A stretch of DNA of 62,071 bases from Acutalibacteraceae bacterium. GTDB taxonomy: Bacteria; Bacillota; Clostridia; Oscillospirales; Acutalibacteraceae. The DNA lies in the NCBI GenBank assembly GCA_045648585.1, contig JAZROI010000106.1, forward strand, positions 1 through 62,071. The letters run 5' to 3'. Below are positions 19,662 to 29,657 of this stretch, piece by piece. A program made the translations under genes and the position numbers. Numbering within the stretch: the first letter of the stretch is position 1; every line of letters begins with the position of its first letter. Under the pieces are notes generated by a model. The model searched no databases and was not told the origin of the DNA. It saw only the letters and a program-made list of their open reading frames with translations.

Positions 19662-21053
19662 ATGGATAAAATGTGGGCAGGAAGATTTTCCAAGGCTCTT
19701 GATAAAGAGGCTGATGACTTTAATTCATCACTTCATTTTGACTGTAAAATGTTTAAGCAGGATATCCAAGGCTCAATAGCACACGCTCAGATGCTTGCAA
19801 AGCAGGGGATTATCACAAAAAATGACTGCGAAGAAATCATCGACGGTCTTTCTTCAATTCTTGACGATATAATCGCAGGAAAGCTTACCTTTGACAGCGA
19901 TGCTGAAGATATTCATATGTTTATCGAAAGTGAGCTTACTGCTCGTAAGGGTGATGTTGGTAAACGTCTTCACACCGCAAGAAGCAGAAACGACCAGGTT
20001 GCAGTTGATATAAGACTTTTCCTTCGTGATGAGGCTGAAAAGGTAAACGATTTGCTTTATACGCTTATTGAAGCGATTGTTAATAAAGCAGAGGAAAATC
20101 AAGATGCTATTCTTCCCGGCTACACTCATCTTCAAAGAGCACAGCCCATAACCTTTGCTCATCATTTACTTGCTTACGCACAGATGTTTATGAGGGATTG
20201 TGGCAGACTTTCTGATGCAGTAAAGAGAATGAATTATTCACCTCTCGGCTCTTGTGCTCTTTCAGGCACAACTTACGATACTGACAGAGAGTTTGAGGCA
20301 GAAAAGCTCGGCTTCTACGGTATTATGCAGAATAGCATTGACGGTGTATCTGACAGGGATTTCTGCGTTGAGCTTATGAGTGCATTTTCTGTAATTATGA
20401 TGCATCTTTCAAGATTTTCCGAAGAGGTTATTCTTTGGAGCTCTTGGGAATTTAAATTCGTTGAGCTTGACGATTCGTATACAACAGGCTCAAGCATTAT
20501 GCCTCAAAAAAAGAATCCCGATATGGCAGAGCTCGTAAGGGGTAAAACAGGTAGAGTTTACGGCGACCTTTTTGCTCTTCTTACATCTCTCAAGATCTTA
20601 CCTCTTGCTTATAACAAGGCTATGCAGGAGGATAAGGAGGCTATTTTTGATGGGATTGAAACTGTTGAGAAATGTTTAAGCATTTTCGCACCTATGATTG
20701 CAACAATGACAGTTTTAAAAGAAAATATGTGTTCTGCAGCACAAAAAGGCTTTATAAATGCAACAGACCTTGCAGACTACCTTGTTAAAAAGGGTATGCC
20801 TTTCCGTACAGCTTACAAAATCGTTGGGCAGACGGTTGCAGAGTGTATTGAAAAGAACAAGGTTCTTGAAACTCTTACTTTAGACGAATATAAAGCACAT
20901 AGCGAGCTTTTCGAAGAAGATTTATTTATTGAAATCTCTCTCGAAACTTGTATAAAGAAAAGAATTTCTGCAGGTTCAACAGGCTATGAATCAGTTAAAA
21001 AGCAGATTGAATACGTTACGGAGTTTATAAATGGCAAAAAAAGTATTTATTGA
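19662..21053 (+). CDS. argH: Argininosuccinate lyase
   Basis: 463 aa with fumarate-lyase family signatures (TARSRNDQV, GSSIMPQKKNPD). Confidence 0.95.
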   Translation: MDKMWAGRFSKALDKEADDFNSSLHFDCKMFKQDIQGSIAHAQMLAKQGIITKNDCEEIIDGLSSILDDIIAGKLTFDSDAEDIHMFIESELTARKGDVGKRLHTARSRNDQVAVDIRLFLRDEAEKVNDLLYTLIEAIVNKAEENQDAILPGYTHLQRAQPITFAHHLLAYAQMFMRDCGRLSDAVKRMNYSPLGSCALSGTTYDTDREFEAEKLGFYGIMQNSIDGVSDRDFCVELMSAFSVIMMHLSRFSEEVILWSSWEFKFVELDDSYTTGSSIMPQKKNPDMAELVRGKTGRVYGDLFALLTSLKILPLAYNKAMQEDKEAIFDGIETVEKCLSIFAPMIATMTVLKENMCSAAQKGFINATDLADYLVKKGMPFRTAYKIVGQTVAECIEKNKVLETLTLDEYKAHSELFEEDLFIEISLETCIKKRISAGSTGYESVKKQIEYVTEFINGKKSIY

Positions 21054-21972
21054 CGGTAAAGCAGGTACTACCGGTCTTAGAATATATGAAAGGCTTGAAC
21101 AGTTTGAGGGTATCGAGCTTATAAGCCTTGACGATGAAAAAAGAAAAGACAGAGAATGCAGAAAAGAAGCTCTTAACAGTGCGGATATTGCTTTTCTTTG
21201 CCTTCCTGATGATGCGGCAAGAGAATCAGTTTCACTTATTGAAAATGATAATACAGTTGTTATTGATACCTCAACTGCTCACCGTACACTTGACGATTGG
21301 GCGTACGGCTTCCCCGAGCTTTCAGCTTCTCACAGAGAAAAGCTTAAAAACTCAAAAAGAATAGCAGTGCCGGGTTGTCATGCAAGCGGATTTATTTCAT
21401 TAATTTATCCCTTAATCGAAGCAGGTGCGCTTGATGGAAGTGAAAATCTTTCTTGCTTTTCTCTTACGGGATATAGCGGTGGCGGTAAAAAGATGATTGC
21501 CGAATACGAGGAAGAGCCCGACGAGCTTTTAGGTGCCCCCCGTCAATACGGTCTTACTCAAAATCATAAGCATCTTAAAGAAATGGTGAAAATATCAGGT
21601 ATTAAAAATGCTCCTGCTTTTTGCCCTATAGTTTCAAACTTTTATTCAGGTATGGAGGTTACCGTGCCTGTATTTAAAACAGATTTGAAAAACGGCTTCG
21701 ATATAGAGAAAATAAAAGAAATATACAAAGCAAAATACAACGGACCTATCGTTAATTACTGTGATAATTTAAATGAAGAGGGCTTCTTGTCTTCTGCATA
21801 CCTTTCAGGTATGGATAATATGATAGTTTCCGTTTTCGGTAATGACGACAGAATTATTTTAACTGCACGTTACGACAATTTAGGTAAAGGTGCTTCAGGT
21901 GCGGCTGTTGAGTGTCTTAACATCGTTTTAGGAAACGGCGACACAACAGGACTTGAAATAAAGAAGGTGTAA
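21031..21972 (+). CDS. argC: N-acetyl-gamma-glutamyl-phosphate reductase (short, type-2 form)
   Basis: 313 aa. Contains GKAGTTGL, an active-site PGCHASG and a C-terminal DNLGKGASGAAV. Confidence 0.9.
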   Translation: MAKKVFIDGKAGTTGLRIYERLEQFEGIELISLDDEKRKDRECRKEALNSADIAFLCLPDDAARESVSLIENDNTVVIDTSTAHRTLDDWAYGFPELSASHREKLKNSKRIAVPGCHASGFISLIYPLIEAGALDGSENLSCFSLTGYSGGGKKMIAEYEEEPDELLGAPRQYGLTQNHKHLKEMVKISGIKNAPAFCPIVSNFYSGMEVTVPVFKTDLKNGFDIEKIKEIYKAKYNGPIVNYCDNLNEEGFLSSAYLSGMDNMIVSVFGNDDRIILTARYDNLGKGASGAAVECLNIVLGNGDTTGLEIKKV

Positions 21973-21974
21973 AT

Positions 21975-23186
21975 ATGGAATTTATTGAGGGCGGTATTTG
22001 TGCCGCAAAGGGTTTTACCGCAGGCGGTATTCATTGCGGTATAAGAAAAAATAAAACTAAAAGAGATTTAGCTCTTATTTTCAGTGAGAAAAAAGCATCT
22101 GCGGCAGCAGTTTACACAACAAACCTTGTAAAAGGTGCTCCTCTTGCAGTTACAAAAATGCATTTGATGAACGGTACTGCTCAGGCAGTTATCTGTAATA
22201 GCGGTAATGCTAATACCTGTAATGCAGACGGTATTGAGGTTGCTCAGAAGATGTCAAAGCTTACTTCTGATGCTTTAGGAATTGACGATGACGACGTTGT
22301 AGTTGCTTCTACGGGTGTTATCGGTCAACCTCTCGATATTACACCTATCAAGAATTCAATAAATGACCTTAAATCAGCTTTAGGTAATAACAGTAAAGAT
22401 GCGGCAGAGGGCATAATGACAACCGATACAGTTTTGAAAGAGGTTGCAGTTTCCTTTGATATTGACGGTGTGCCTTGTAAAATCGGTGGTATTGCAAAGG
22501 GCTCAGGTATGATTCATCCTAATATGGCAACTATGCTTGTATTTATTACTTGTGACGTGGCAATTGCTCCCGATATGCTTCAAAAGGCTCTTTCAAGCGA
22601 TATTCAGAATACTTTTAATATGGTTAGCGTTGATGGTGATACCTCTACAAACGATATGGTAGTTGTATTATCAAACGGTATGGCAGGTAATAAAGAAATT
22701 ACAGAAGAGGGAGAAGCTTTCGATACCTTTATGAAAGCTCTCAATACTGTTACGGTTTACCTTTGCAGAATGATAGCGGGTGACGGTGAGGGTGCAACAA
22801 AGCTTCTCGAATGTAAGGTAACGGGTGCTAAAGACGAAAAAACTGCTAAAATAGTTGCAAAAAGCGTAATTTGCTCGTCACTTACAAAAGCGGCAATGTT
22901 TGGTGCTGATGCTAACTGGGGTAGAGTGCTTTGTGCTATAGGTTACAGCGGTGCAGACGTAGACGTTAATAAAGTTGACGTTTCATTTACATCTGATAAA
23001 GGTACAATTCCTGTTTGCAAAAACGGTGCAGGTATTGATTTCTCAGAGGAAATTGCAAAAGAAATTCTTCTTGAAAAAGAAATTATTATAAACATAGGTC
23101 TTAACTCAGGGGATTATAACTCAACCGCTTGGGGTTGTGACCTTACATATGAATACGTAAGAATTAACGGCGATTACAGGACGTGA
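21975..23186 (+). CDS. argJ: Bifunctional ornithine acetyltransferase / N-acetylglutamate synthase
   Basis: 403 aa with an autoprocessing site motif ...ATML... and the ArgJ family pattern (GIAKGSGMIHPNMATML). Confidence 0.95.
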   Translation: MEFIEGGICAAKGFTAGGIHCGIRKNKTKRDLALIFSEKKASAAAVYTTNLVKGAPLAVTKMHLMNGTAQAVICNSGNANTCNADGIEVAQKMSKLTSDALGIDDDDVVVASTGVIGQPLDITPIKNSINDLKSALGNNSKDAAEGIMTTDTVLKEVAVSFDIDGVPCKIGGIAKGSGMIHPNMATMLVFITCDVAIAPDMLQKALSSDIQNTFNMVSVDGDTSTNDMVVVLSNGMAGNKEITEEGEAFDTFMKALNTVTVYLCRMIAGDGEGATKLLECKVTGAKDEKTAKIVAKSVICSSLTKAAMFGADANWGRVLCAIGYSGADVDVNKVDVSFTSDKGTIPVCKNGAGIDFSEEIAKEILLEKEIIINIGLNSGDYNSTAWGCDLTYEYVRINGDYRT

Positions 23187-23190
23187 TAAA

Positions 23191-24057
23191 ATGGAAGAAA
23201 TGAATCTTACTAATCTTCAACGTGCCGAGGTTATAACTCAGGCACTTCCTTACATTCAAAAATATCATAACAAAATCATTGTTATTAAATACGGCGGAAA
23301 CGCTATGATAAGTGAAGAGCTTAAAATGCAGGTTATGGAGGATATCGTTCTTCTTTCTCTTATCGGCGTTAAGCCCGTGCTTGTTCACGGTGGCGGTCCT
23401 GAGATTTCTGAAATGCTTAAAAGAGTAGGTAAAGAAAGCGTTTTCGTTGACGGGCTTCGCGTTACCGACAAAGAAACCGCAGAAATAGTTCAAATGGTTC
23501 TTGCAGGTAAAATCAATAAGCATCTCGTAAATCTTTTAGGCGAATACGGTGGCTCTGCAATCGGTATTTCGGGTATTGACGGTCATCTTATTGAAGCAGA
23601 GGTTAAAGACGAAAGATTAGGCTACGTTGGTGAAATTACAAAGGTTAACGTTCAACCCATTCTTGACCTTTTAGAAAAGGATTATATTCCCGTTGTTTCA
23701 ACCGTTGGTTGTGATAACGATGGTAACGTTTACAATATTAATGCTGATACTGCTGCTGCATATATCGCAGGTGCAATGAAGGCGGAAAGACTTGTTACAA
23801 TGACGGATATCCCCGGTATCTTAAGGGATGTTTCTGATCCTGATTCACTTATTAAATGCGTAACTATTCCCGAAGCATATAAGCTTTTTGAGGATGGGGT
23901 TATTTCAGGCGGAATGATTCCTAAGGTTGAATGCTGTATTGACGCTATTAAAAAGGGTGTCCACAGGGTAACTATTCTTGACGGTAGAGTGCCTCACGCG
24001 ATTCTTCTTGAAATGCTTACCGATGAGGGTGCAGGTACAATGGTAAAGGCGGAATAA
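23191..24057 (+). CDS. argB: Acetylglutamate kinase
   Basis: 288 aa. Contains VIKYGGNAM, VHGGGP and NINADTAA motifs. Confidence 0.95.
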   Translation: MEEMNLTNLQRAEVITQALPYIQKYHNKIIVIKYGGNAMISEELKMQVMEDIVLLSLIGVKPVLVHGGGPEISEMLKRVGKESVFVDGLRVTDKETAEIVQMVLAGKINKHLVNLLGEYGGSAIGISGIDGHLIEAEVKDERLGYVGEITKVNVQPILDLLEKDYIPVVSTVGCDNDGNVYNINADTAAAYIAGAMKAERLVTMTDIPGILRDVSDPDSLIKCVTIPEAYKLFEDGVISGGMIPKVECCIDAIKKGVHRVTILDGRVPHAILLEMLTDEGAGTMVKAE

Positions 24058-24059
24058 AG

Positions 24060-25226
24060 ATGTCTATTAAAGAAATTGATAAGCAATACGTTGCAAATAC
24101 TTATGCCAGATTTCCTATTGAACTTGTTAGCGGTAAGGGCAGTAAGCTTTATGATGCTGACGGCAAGGAATATATTGATATGGGTACCGGCATAGGTGTA
24201 AGCGTTTTCGGTGTTGGTGATGAAGAATGGATAAAGGCTGTAACAAATCAGCTTACAAAGCTTCAGCACACCTCAAATCTCTATTATAGCGAGCCTTGCG
24301 CATTACTTGCGGAGCATCTTTGCAAAAGAACGGGTGCCAAAAAGGTGTTCTTTTCAAATTCAGGTGCAGAGGCTAACGAATGTGCTATAAAAGCGGCAAG
24401 AAAGTATGCCGCAGCTAATAAAGGTGCAGAGTATTACAATATAATTACCTTGAACAATAGCTTTCACGGACGAACAATAACAACTCTTGCGGCAACGGGT
24501 CAGGATAATTTCCATAAAGATTTTCTTCCCTTAACTGAAGGCTTTTTATATGCAGATGCAGGTGACCTTCAGGGTGTAGAAGCACTTTTGAAAGAAAATG
24601 AAGTTGCGGCAATTATGTTTGAAACCGTTCAGGGTGAGGGTGGTGTAGTACCGCTTTCACAAGAATTTGTTTCAGGTCTTAAAAAGCTTGCAGATGAATA
24701 TAATGTGCTTTTAATTGTTGACGAGGTACAGACGGGTAACGGCAGAACGGGTGCTCTTTACGGATATATGAAATACGGCATAACACCCGATATCGTTTCG
24801 ACTGCAAAGGGCATCGGCGGTGGGCTTCCTTTAGGGGCTACAATGCTTTTCGAAAAAACAGAAAATGTATATACCCCCGGTGACCATGGCTCAACCTTTG
24901 GGGGAAACCCCGTTGCAACAGCAGGTGCATTAAATATTCTTGAAAGAATAGACGACGAGTTTCTCGCTTCTGTTGAAAAGAAAAGCGAATATATTATTAA
25001 CGAGCTTTCCTCTGTGGAGGGTGTTAAGGGCATAACAGGGCTTGGCCTTATGCTTGGTATTGAAACTGAAAAAGACGTTAACGAAGTGCTTTTATATTGT
25101 CAGCAAAACGGTGTTTTACCTATAAAAGCAAAAAATAAATTAAGACTTTTACCGCCTCTTAATATATCTTTTGAAGATTTAGAAAAGGCGATTAACGTTA
25201 TTAAAAAAGCGTGTGGAGTGAACTGA
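24060..25226 (+). CDS. argD: Acetylornithine aminotransferase (class III PLP)
   Basis: 388 aa. Contains SGAEANE, DEVQTG.GRTG and TAKGIGGG. Confidence 0.9.
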   Translation: MSIKEIDKQYVANTYARFPIELVSGKGSKLYDADGKEYIDMGTGIGVSVFGVGDEEWIKAVTNQLTKLQHTSNLYYSEPCALLAEHLCKRTGAKKVFFSNSGAEANECAIKAARKYAAANKGAEYYNIITLNNSFHGRTITTLAATGQDNFHKDFLPLTEGFLYADAGDLQGVEALLKENEVAAIMFETVQGEGGVVPLSQEFVSGLKKLADEYNVLLIVDEVQTGNGRTGALYGYMKYGITPDIVSTAKGIGGGLPLGATMLFEKTENVYTPGDHGSTFGGNPVATAGALNILERIDDEFLASVEKKSEYIINELSSVEGVKGITGLGLMLGIETEKDVNEVLLYCQQNGVLPIKAKNKLRLLPPLNISFEDLEKAINVIKKACGVN

Positions 25227-25227
25227 A

Positions 25228-26211
25228 ATGAATTTAAAGGGCAGAGATTTTTTAAAGCTTTTAGATTATACAAGTGAGGAAATTGAATATCTTATAAATC
25301 TTGCAGAAGACCTTAAAAAGAAAAAGAAAAACGGAATCCCCCACGATACACTCAAGGGTAAAAACATTGCTCTTATATTTGAAAAAACAAGTACAAGAAC
25401 ACGTTGTAGCTTTGAGGTTGCCGCAAGGGATTTGGGTATGGGTGTAACCTATCTTGACCCTAACGCTTCTCAGATTGGCAGAAAAGAAAGCATTGCAGAT
25501 ACCGCAAGAGTTTTATGCTCAATGTATGACGGTATTGAATACAGAGGCTACGGTCAGGATGTTGTTGAGGAGCTTGCAAAGTATTCTTCAGTGCCTGTTT
25601 GGAACGGCCTTACAAATGAATTCCACCCAACACAGATTCTTGCAGATTTCCTTACAATAAAAGAGCAGTTTGGCACACTTAAAGGTCTTAACTTTGTTTA
25701 TATGGGCGATGCAAGATATAATATGGGTAATTCTCTTATGGTTGGTTGTGCAAAAATGGGTCTTAACTTTACCGCTTGTGCACCTCAGAAATATTTCCCT
25801 GATTCAGCTCTTGTTGATGAATGTAAAAAAATTGCAAAGGAAAGTGGATCAAAGCTTTGCTTTGAAGAGGACCCTATAAAAGCAACGAAAAATGCGGATA
25901 TTATCTACACAGATATCTGGGTTTCAATGGGTGAGCCTGAGCTCGTTTGGGCAGAAAGAATCAACGACCTTGCTGGTTATCAGGTTAATTCAAAGCTTAT
26001 GAAGAATGCGAAGGATACAACAATCTTTATGCATTGCCTTCCCTCTTATCACGACAAGAAAACTGAAATCGGTAAACGCATTTGCGAAAAGTTTAATATG
26101 ACTGCTATGGAAGTTACCGACGAAGTGTTTGAAAGTGAGCAGTCAGTTGTTTTCCGTGAGGCGGAAAACAGAATGCATACAATTAAAGCAGTTATGTATG
26201 CAACTCTTTAA
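25228..26211 (+). CDS. argF: Ornithine carbamoyltransferase
   Basis: 327 aa. Contains STRTRCSFE, HPTQ and HCLP motifs. Confidence 0.95.
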   Translation: MNLKGRDFLKLLDYTSEEIEYLINLAEDLKKKKKNGIPHDTLKGKNIALIFEKTSTRTRCSFEVAARDLGMGVTYLDPNASQIGRKESIADTARVLCSMYDGIEYRGYGQDVVEELAKYSSVPVWNGLTNEFHPTQILADFLTIKEQFGTLKGLNFVYMGDARYNMGNSLMVGCAKMGLNFTACAPQKYFPDSALVDECKKIAKESGSKLCFEEDPIKATKNADIIYTDIWVSMGEPELVWAERINDLAGYQVNSKLMKNAKDTTIFMHCLPSYHDKKTEIGKRICEKFNMTAMEVTDEVFESEQSVVFREAENRMHTIKAVMYATL

Positions 26212-26530
26212 AAATCGATTCTGCTTGCTCGTTTGCGTTAATGATTTTTAAATTTATACAATTTCTGAAATAATCTTTAATATTATTACAGAAGCTATTA
26301 TCAGCACCGTAGTTTATAATTACTACGGTGCATTTTTTATGTAATCCGCAGAATTCTAAAAAGTCGGTAAGATTACAAATGCGATTGTAAATTGCCTCGT
26401 CATCAGAATAAAGAGGTAAGGCAAGCGTATAGCTTTCTTCACGCCAGGTTACAAGCTTAAAGACGAAAGAAAGTAAAACAAATACTATACCTAAAATACC
26501 GAAAATTAAAGCAATAATATCAGAAAACAT
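26192..26530 (-). CDS. Small membrane-anchored hypothetical protein
   Basis: 112 aa with an N-terminal TM helix. AGGAGGTG RBS lies upstream. The 3' end overlaps the argF 3' end by 20 nt (convergent). Confidence 0.5.
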   Translation of the reverse strand: MFSDIIALIFGILGIVFVLLSFVFKLVTWREESYTLALPLYSDDEAIYNRICNLTDFLEFCGLHKKCTVVIINYGADNSFCNNIKDYFRNCINLKIINANEQAESIFKELHT

Positions 26531-26590
26531 AAAAACACCTCCTGCAACATTTTATGCAAGAGGTGGATTTTGGTTAGCAGAAAAAATGGT

Positions 26591-26622
26591 AATAAAAATC
26601 CCCGTTGTTTAACACAACGGGG
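26591..26622 (-). terminator. Intrinsic terminator of the upstream metallophosphoesterase gene
   Basis: Stem CCCCGTTGT / ACAACGGGG, followed on the minus strand by a T-rich run. Confidence 0.7.
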
Positions 26623-26645
26623 AAAGGTTTATTTTGTGAGTTATA

Positions 26646-27686
26646 TTACTTAATATCGTAAACTTTTACACACTCTGCAAATTCACTTTCACTGAGGAAT
26701 TTACCATGACCGAAGTCTCTTGCATGGAAGATAACCTGATCGTTTGTAACCTCAACGTAAAGACCTGTTGCAGGGTTGTTGTATGTACCGTCTTTATTGT
26801 CAATACCAACAGAGGGAACGTTAACACCCTGAACGTTGTTTTCTTCGTTGATTACCTGATATGTGTTTTTACCGAAGCCTGTGTGAAGGTGACCTGTGAT
26901 GAAGAAAACGTTTTCATATTTTGAAATTATATCGTAAACTTCGTTTGTCTGGTCGCCGATACTACCTGTGAAATCGTAATCGTTTTTACGTTCGTAAGCG
27001 GGGATAGTACCTTTACCGTCAGAATCGCCTGAACCCCATGTGCTAGGAAGACCGTGAGCCTCTGCAAGAGGATAGTGGCAAAGAACGAATACGGGTTTAC
27101 CTGTTGCTGTAGCTTCTTTAAGCTCAACGTTGAGCCACTGAAGCTGAGCGTTGCTGATGTATGCATCTTCAAAACGAGATTCATCAGAGCCCATTACGAG
27201 GAAGGTATAACCGTCAACCATGTATTTGAAGTAGATGTTATTCTGAGCATTGTTACCGCCGTTAAGGTTGTTCATGAAATCAAGGAAACGGTTTTTGCTC
27301 TGTTCCCATTCACGAAGACGGATATCGTGGTTACCTGTAACCATAATAAAGTTCTTTGTGTTGAAATCAGCAATGTACTGAGTAACTCTCTGGAATTCGT
27401 CTTCCATACCGTTTTCAGCGATGTCACCAACGATGATGAAAGCGTCAAGCTCTTCTTCAGAATTTAAAATATCCTGTGATAAAGCCATAAGATTTGCTTC
27501 TCTTTCGGGCATATATGTACAAACCTGAGTGTCACCTGTAACAACAAAGTCGATGATAGCATCGGGATCTTTTGTTTGAACAGGGTCATGAGTTGAGGGA
27601 ACGGTAACCGCACCGATTGCTATAAGGAAAGACATAAGCAATGCGGAAATTTCGTTGAACAACTGAGTTAAATATTGCATTGTCAT
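26646..27686 (-). CDS. Calcineurin-like metallophosphoesterase with N-terminal signal/anchor
   Basis: 346 aa. Contains GD.Q, GDIAENG, GNHD and GHLH motifs. Paralogous to 31736..32695. Confidence 0.8.
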   Translation of the reverse strand: MTMQYLTQLFNEISALLMSFLIAIGAVTVPSTHDPVQTKDPDAIIDFVVTGDTQVCTYMPEREANLMALSQDILNSEEELDAFIIVGDIAENGMEDEFQRVTQYIADFNTKNFIMVTGNHDIRLREWEQSKNRFLDFMNNLNGGNNAQNNIYFKYMVDGYTFLVMGSDESRFEDAYISNAQLQWLNVELKEATATGKPVFVLCHYPLAEAHGLPSTWGSGDSDGKGTIPAYERKNDYDFTGSIGDQTNEVYDIISKYENVFFITGHLHTGFGKNTYQVINEENNVQGVNVPSVGIDNKDGTYNNPATGLYVEVTNDQVIFHARDFGHGKFLSESEFAECVKVYDIK

Positions 27687-27874
27687 AATATAATACCTCT
27701 TTTTATCGATATTTTTTTAAATTATAACATTTTGGAAAACTTTAGTCAATGTTTATTTTAATTTTCTCTAAAAACATTACAAATTATAAGACAAACTTTT
27801 ATTATTGAAAAAGTATACAATATATGATATTATAAAAAAGAATATGATTACTTTTTATAAAAAAGGAGATTATT

Positions 27875-29647
27875 ATGGAAAGATTACTTACAAGATGGGG
27901 AAAGACACTCGATAAAAACTTACCCCTTAACGATTACCCCCGTCCTCAGCTTAAGAGAGATAGCTTTATCAATCTTAACGGTGAGTGGAATTATGCTATC
28001 TACGACCAGTATAAAAAATTCGGCGGTTTTCAGGGTAAAATAATCGTACCCTTTAGCCCTGAATGTATTCTCAGCGGTGTTGAGAAAGTTTTACAGCCTA
28101 ACGAAATTCTTTATTATCAGAAATTATTCGATTTCAAAAGAACTAATCACAGAGTACTTCTTCACTTCGGGGCGGTAGACTATAAATGTAAGGTTATCTT
28201 AAATAACCGCGAGGTTGGTACTCATGCGGGCGGTTATCTTCCCTTTACTTTTGACGTTACAACATATATTCTTGACGGTGAAAACGATTTAAGAGTTATC
28301 GTTACAGACCCTACTGATACAGGCACTCAAGCAAGAGGCAAGCAGACATTTAAAAGAGGCGGTATCTGGTATACTCCTCAATCAGGTATCTGGCAAACAG
28401 TATGGCTTGAAGAGGTTTGCGAGGGCTATATTGAGTCAATAAAGCTTACTCCCGATATTGATAACGATGAAATTACCGTTGAAGTAAAATACAACGGTAA
28501 AGCAACGGACGAAATGGCAGCGGTGGTGCTTGATAAAGGTGAGGTTAAAACTGCTGTTAAGCTTACAGACGGCAAGGCTACAATAAAGCTTTCCGATTAT
28601 GAGCTTTGGAGCCCTGAAAATCCTTATCTTTATGATTTGAAGATTGCCGCAGGTAATGACCGTGTTGAAAGCTATTTCGGTATGAGAAAATATAGCGTAG
28701 GTAAGGACGACGAAGGCACACCCCGTCTTATGCTTAATAATAAGCCTTATTTCTTTAACGGTCTTCTTGACCAGGGCTATTGGAGTGACGGTATGTATAC
28801 TGCACCCTCAGATGAAGCCCTTATTTACGATATCCAGACAATGAAGGATTTAGGCTTCAATACTTTAAGAAAGCATATTAAAATCGAGCCTCTTCGTTGG
28901 TATTATCATTGTGACAGATTAGGTATGATAGTGTGGCAGGATGCTGTAAACGGTGGCGGTAAATACAACTTTATGGCTATAGGTACAGCTCCGTTTATGT
29001 CAATGCTTTTCAACAACAAGCATGCAGGTAAGGTGTCAGACGGTCCTAACCATTTCGGTTACTTTGCCCGTAAAGACCCTGCGGGTCGTCAAAAATATTA
29101 TTATGATTCAGAAGAAATGATTGACCTTCTTTATAACGTTACCTCTCTTGCTCTTTGGACTCCCTTTAACGAAGGCTGGGGTCAGTTTGAAAGCGAAAAA
29201 GCTTGTGAATATTACAGAGAAAAAGACCCCACCCGTCTTATTGACCATGCAAGCGGTTGGGTTGATCACGGTGCAGGTGACGTAAATAGCTTCCATATTT
29301 ACTTTACACCTTTCTTATTCCCCAAATTCAATAAAGACGATGAACGTCCTATTGCTCTTACTGAGTTTGGCGGATATTCAATGCAGCTTAAAGACCACTG
29401 CTTTAATAAAGATAAATTCTTCGGCTACCGCAAATATTATAAGCAGGAAAGCTTTGATAAAGCTATCAAGAATCTTTATGAAAATCGTATTTATAACTGT
29501 ATGAAAAACAAAGGTCTTTCCGCAATTATTTATACAGAGGTAAGCGATGTGGAAGACGAATGTAACGGTCTTCTTACTTATGACCGTGAAGTAATTAAAA
29601 TTACACCCGAGGTTATGAAGGCGGCTAATGAAAAATTAAAATATTAA
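27875..29647 (+). CDS. Glycoside hydrolase family 2 protein (short, about 590 aa form)
   Basis: DYPRPQ...NLNGEW N-terminus, IWYT.QSGIWQ.VWLE segment and RKH.K.EP...Y..CD..G..VWQD TIM-barrel segment. Confidence 0.8.
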   Translation: MERLLTRWGKTLDKNLPLNDYPRPQLKRDSFINLNGEWNYAIYDQYKKFGGFQGKIIVPFSPECILSGVEKVLQPNEILYYQKLFDFKRTNHRVLLHFGAVDYKCKVILNNREVGTHAGGYLPFTFDVTTYILDGENDLRVIVTDPTDTGTQARGKQTFKRGGIWYTPQSGIWQTVWLEEVCEGYIESIKLTPDIDNDEITVEVKYNGKATDEMAAVVLDKGEVKTAVKLTDGKATIKLSDYELWSPENPYLYDLKIAAGNDRVESYFGMRKYSVGKDDEGTPRLMLNNKPYFFNGLLDQGYWSDGMYTAPSDEALIYDIQTMKDLGFNTLRKHIKIEPLRWYYHCDRLGMIVWQDAVNGGGKYNFMAIGTAPFMSMLFNNKHAGKVSDGPNHFGYFARKDPAGRQKYYYDSEEMIDLLYNVTSLALWTPFNEGWGQFESEKACEYYREKDPTRLIDHASGWVDHGAGDVNSFHIYFTPFLFPKFNKDDERPIALTEFGGYSMQLKDHCFNKDKFFGYRKYYKQESFDKAIKNLYENRIYNCMKNKGLSAIIYTEVSDVEDECNGLLTYDREVIKITPEVMKAANEKLKY

Positions 29648-29657
29648 GGATATTTTT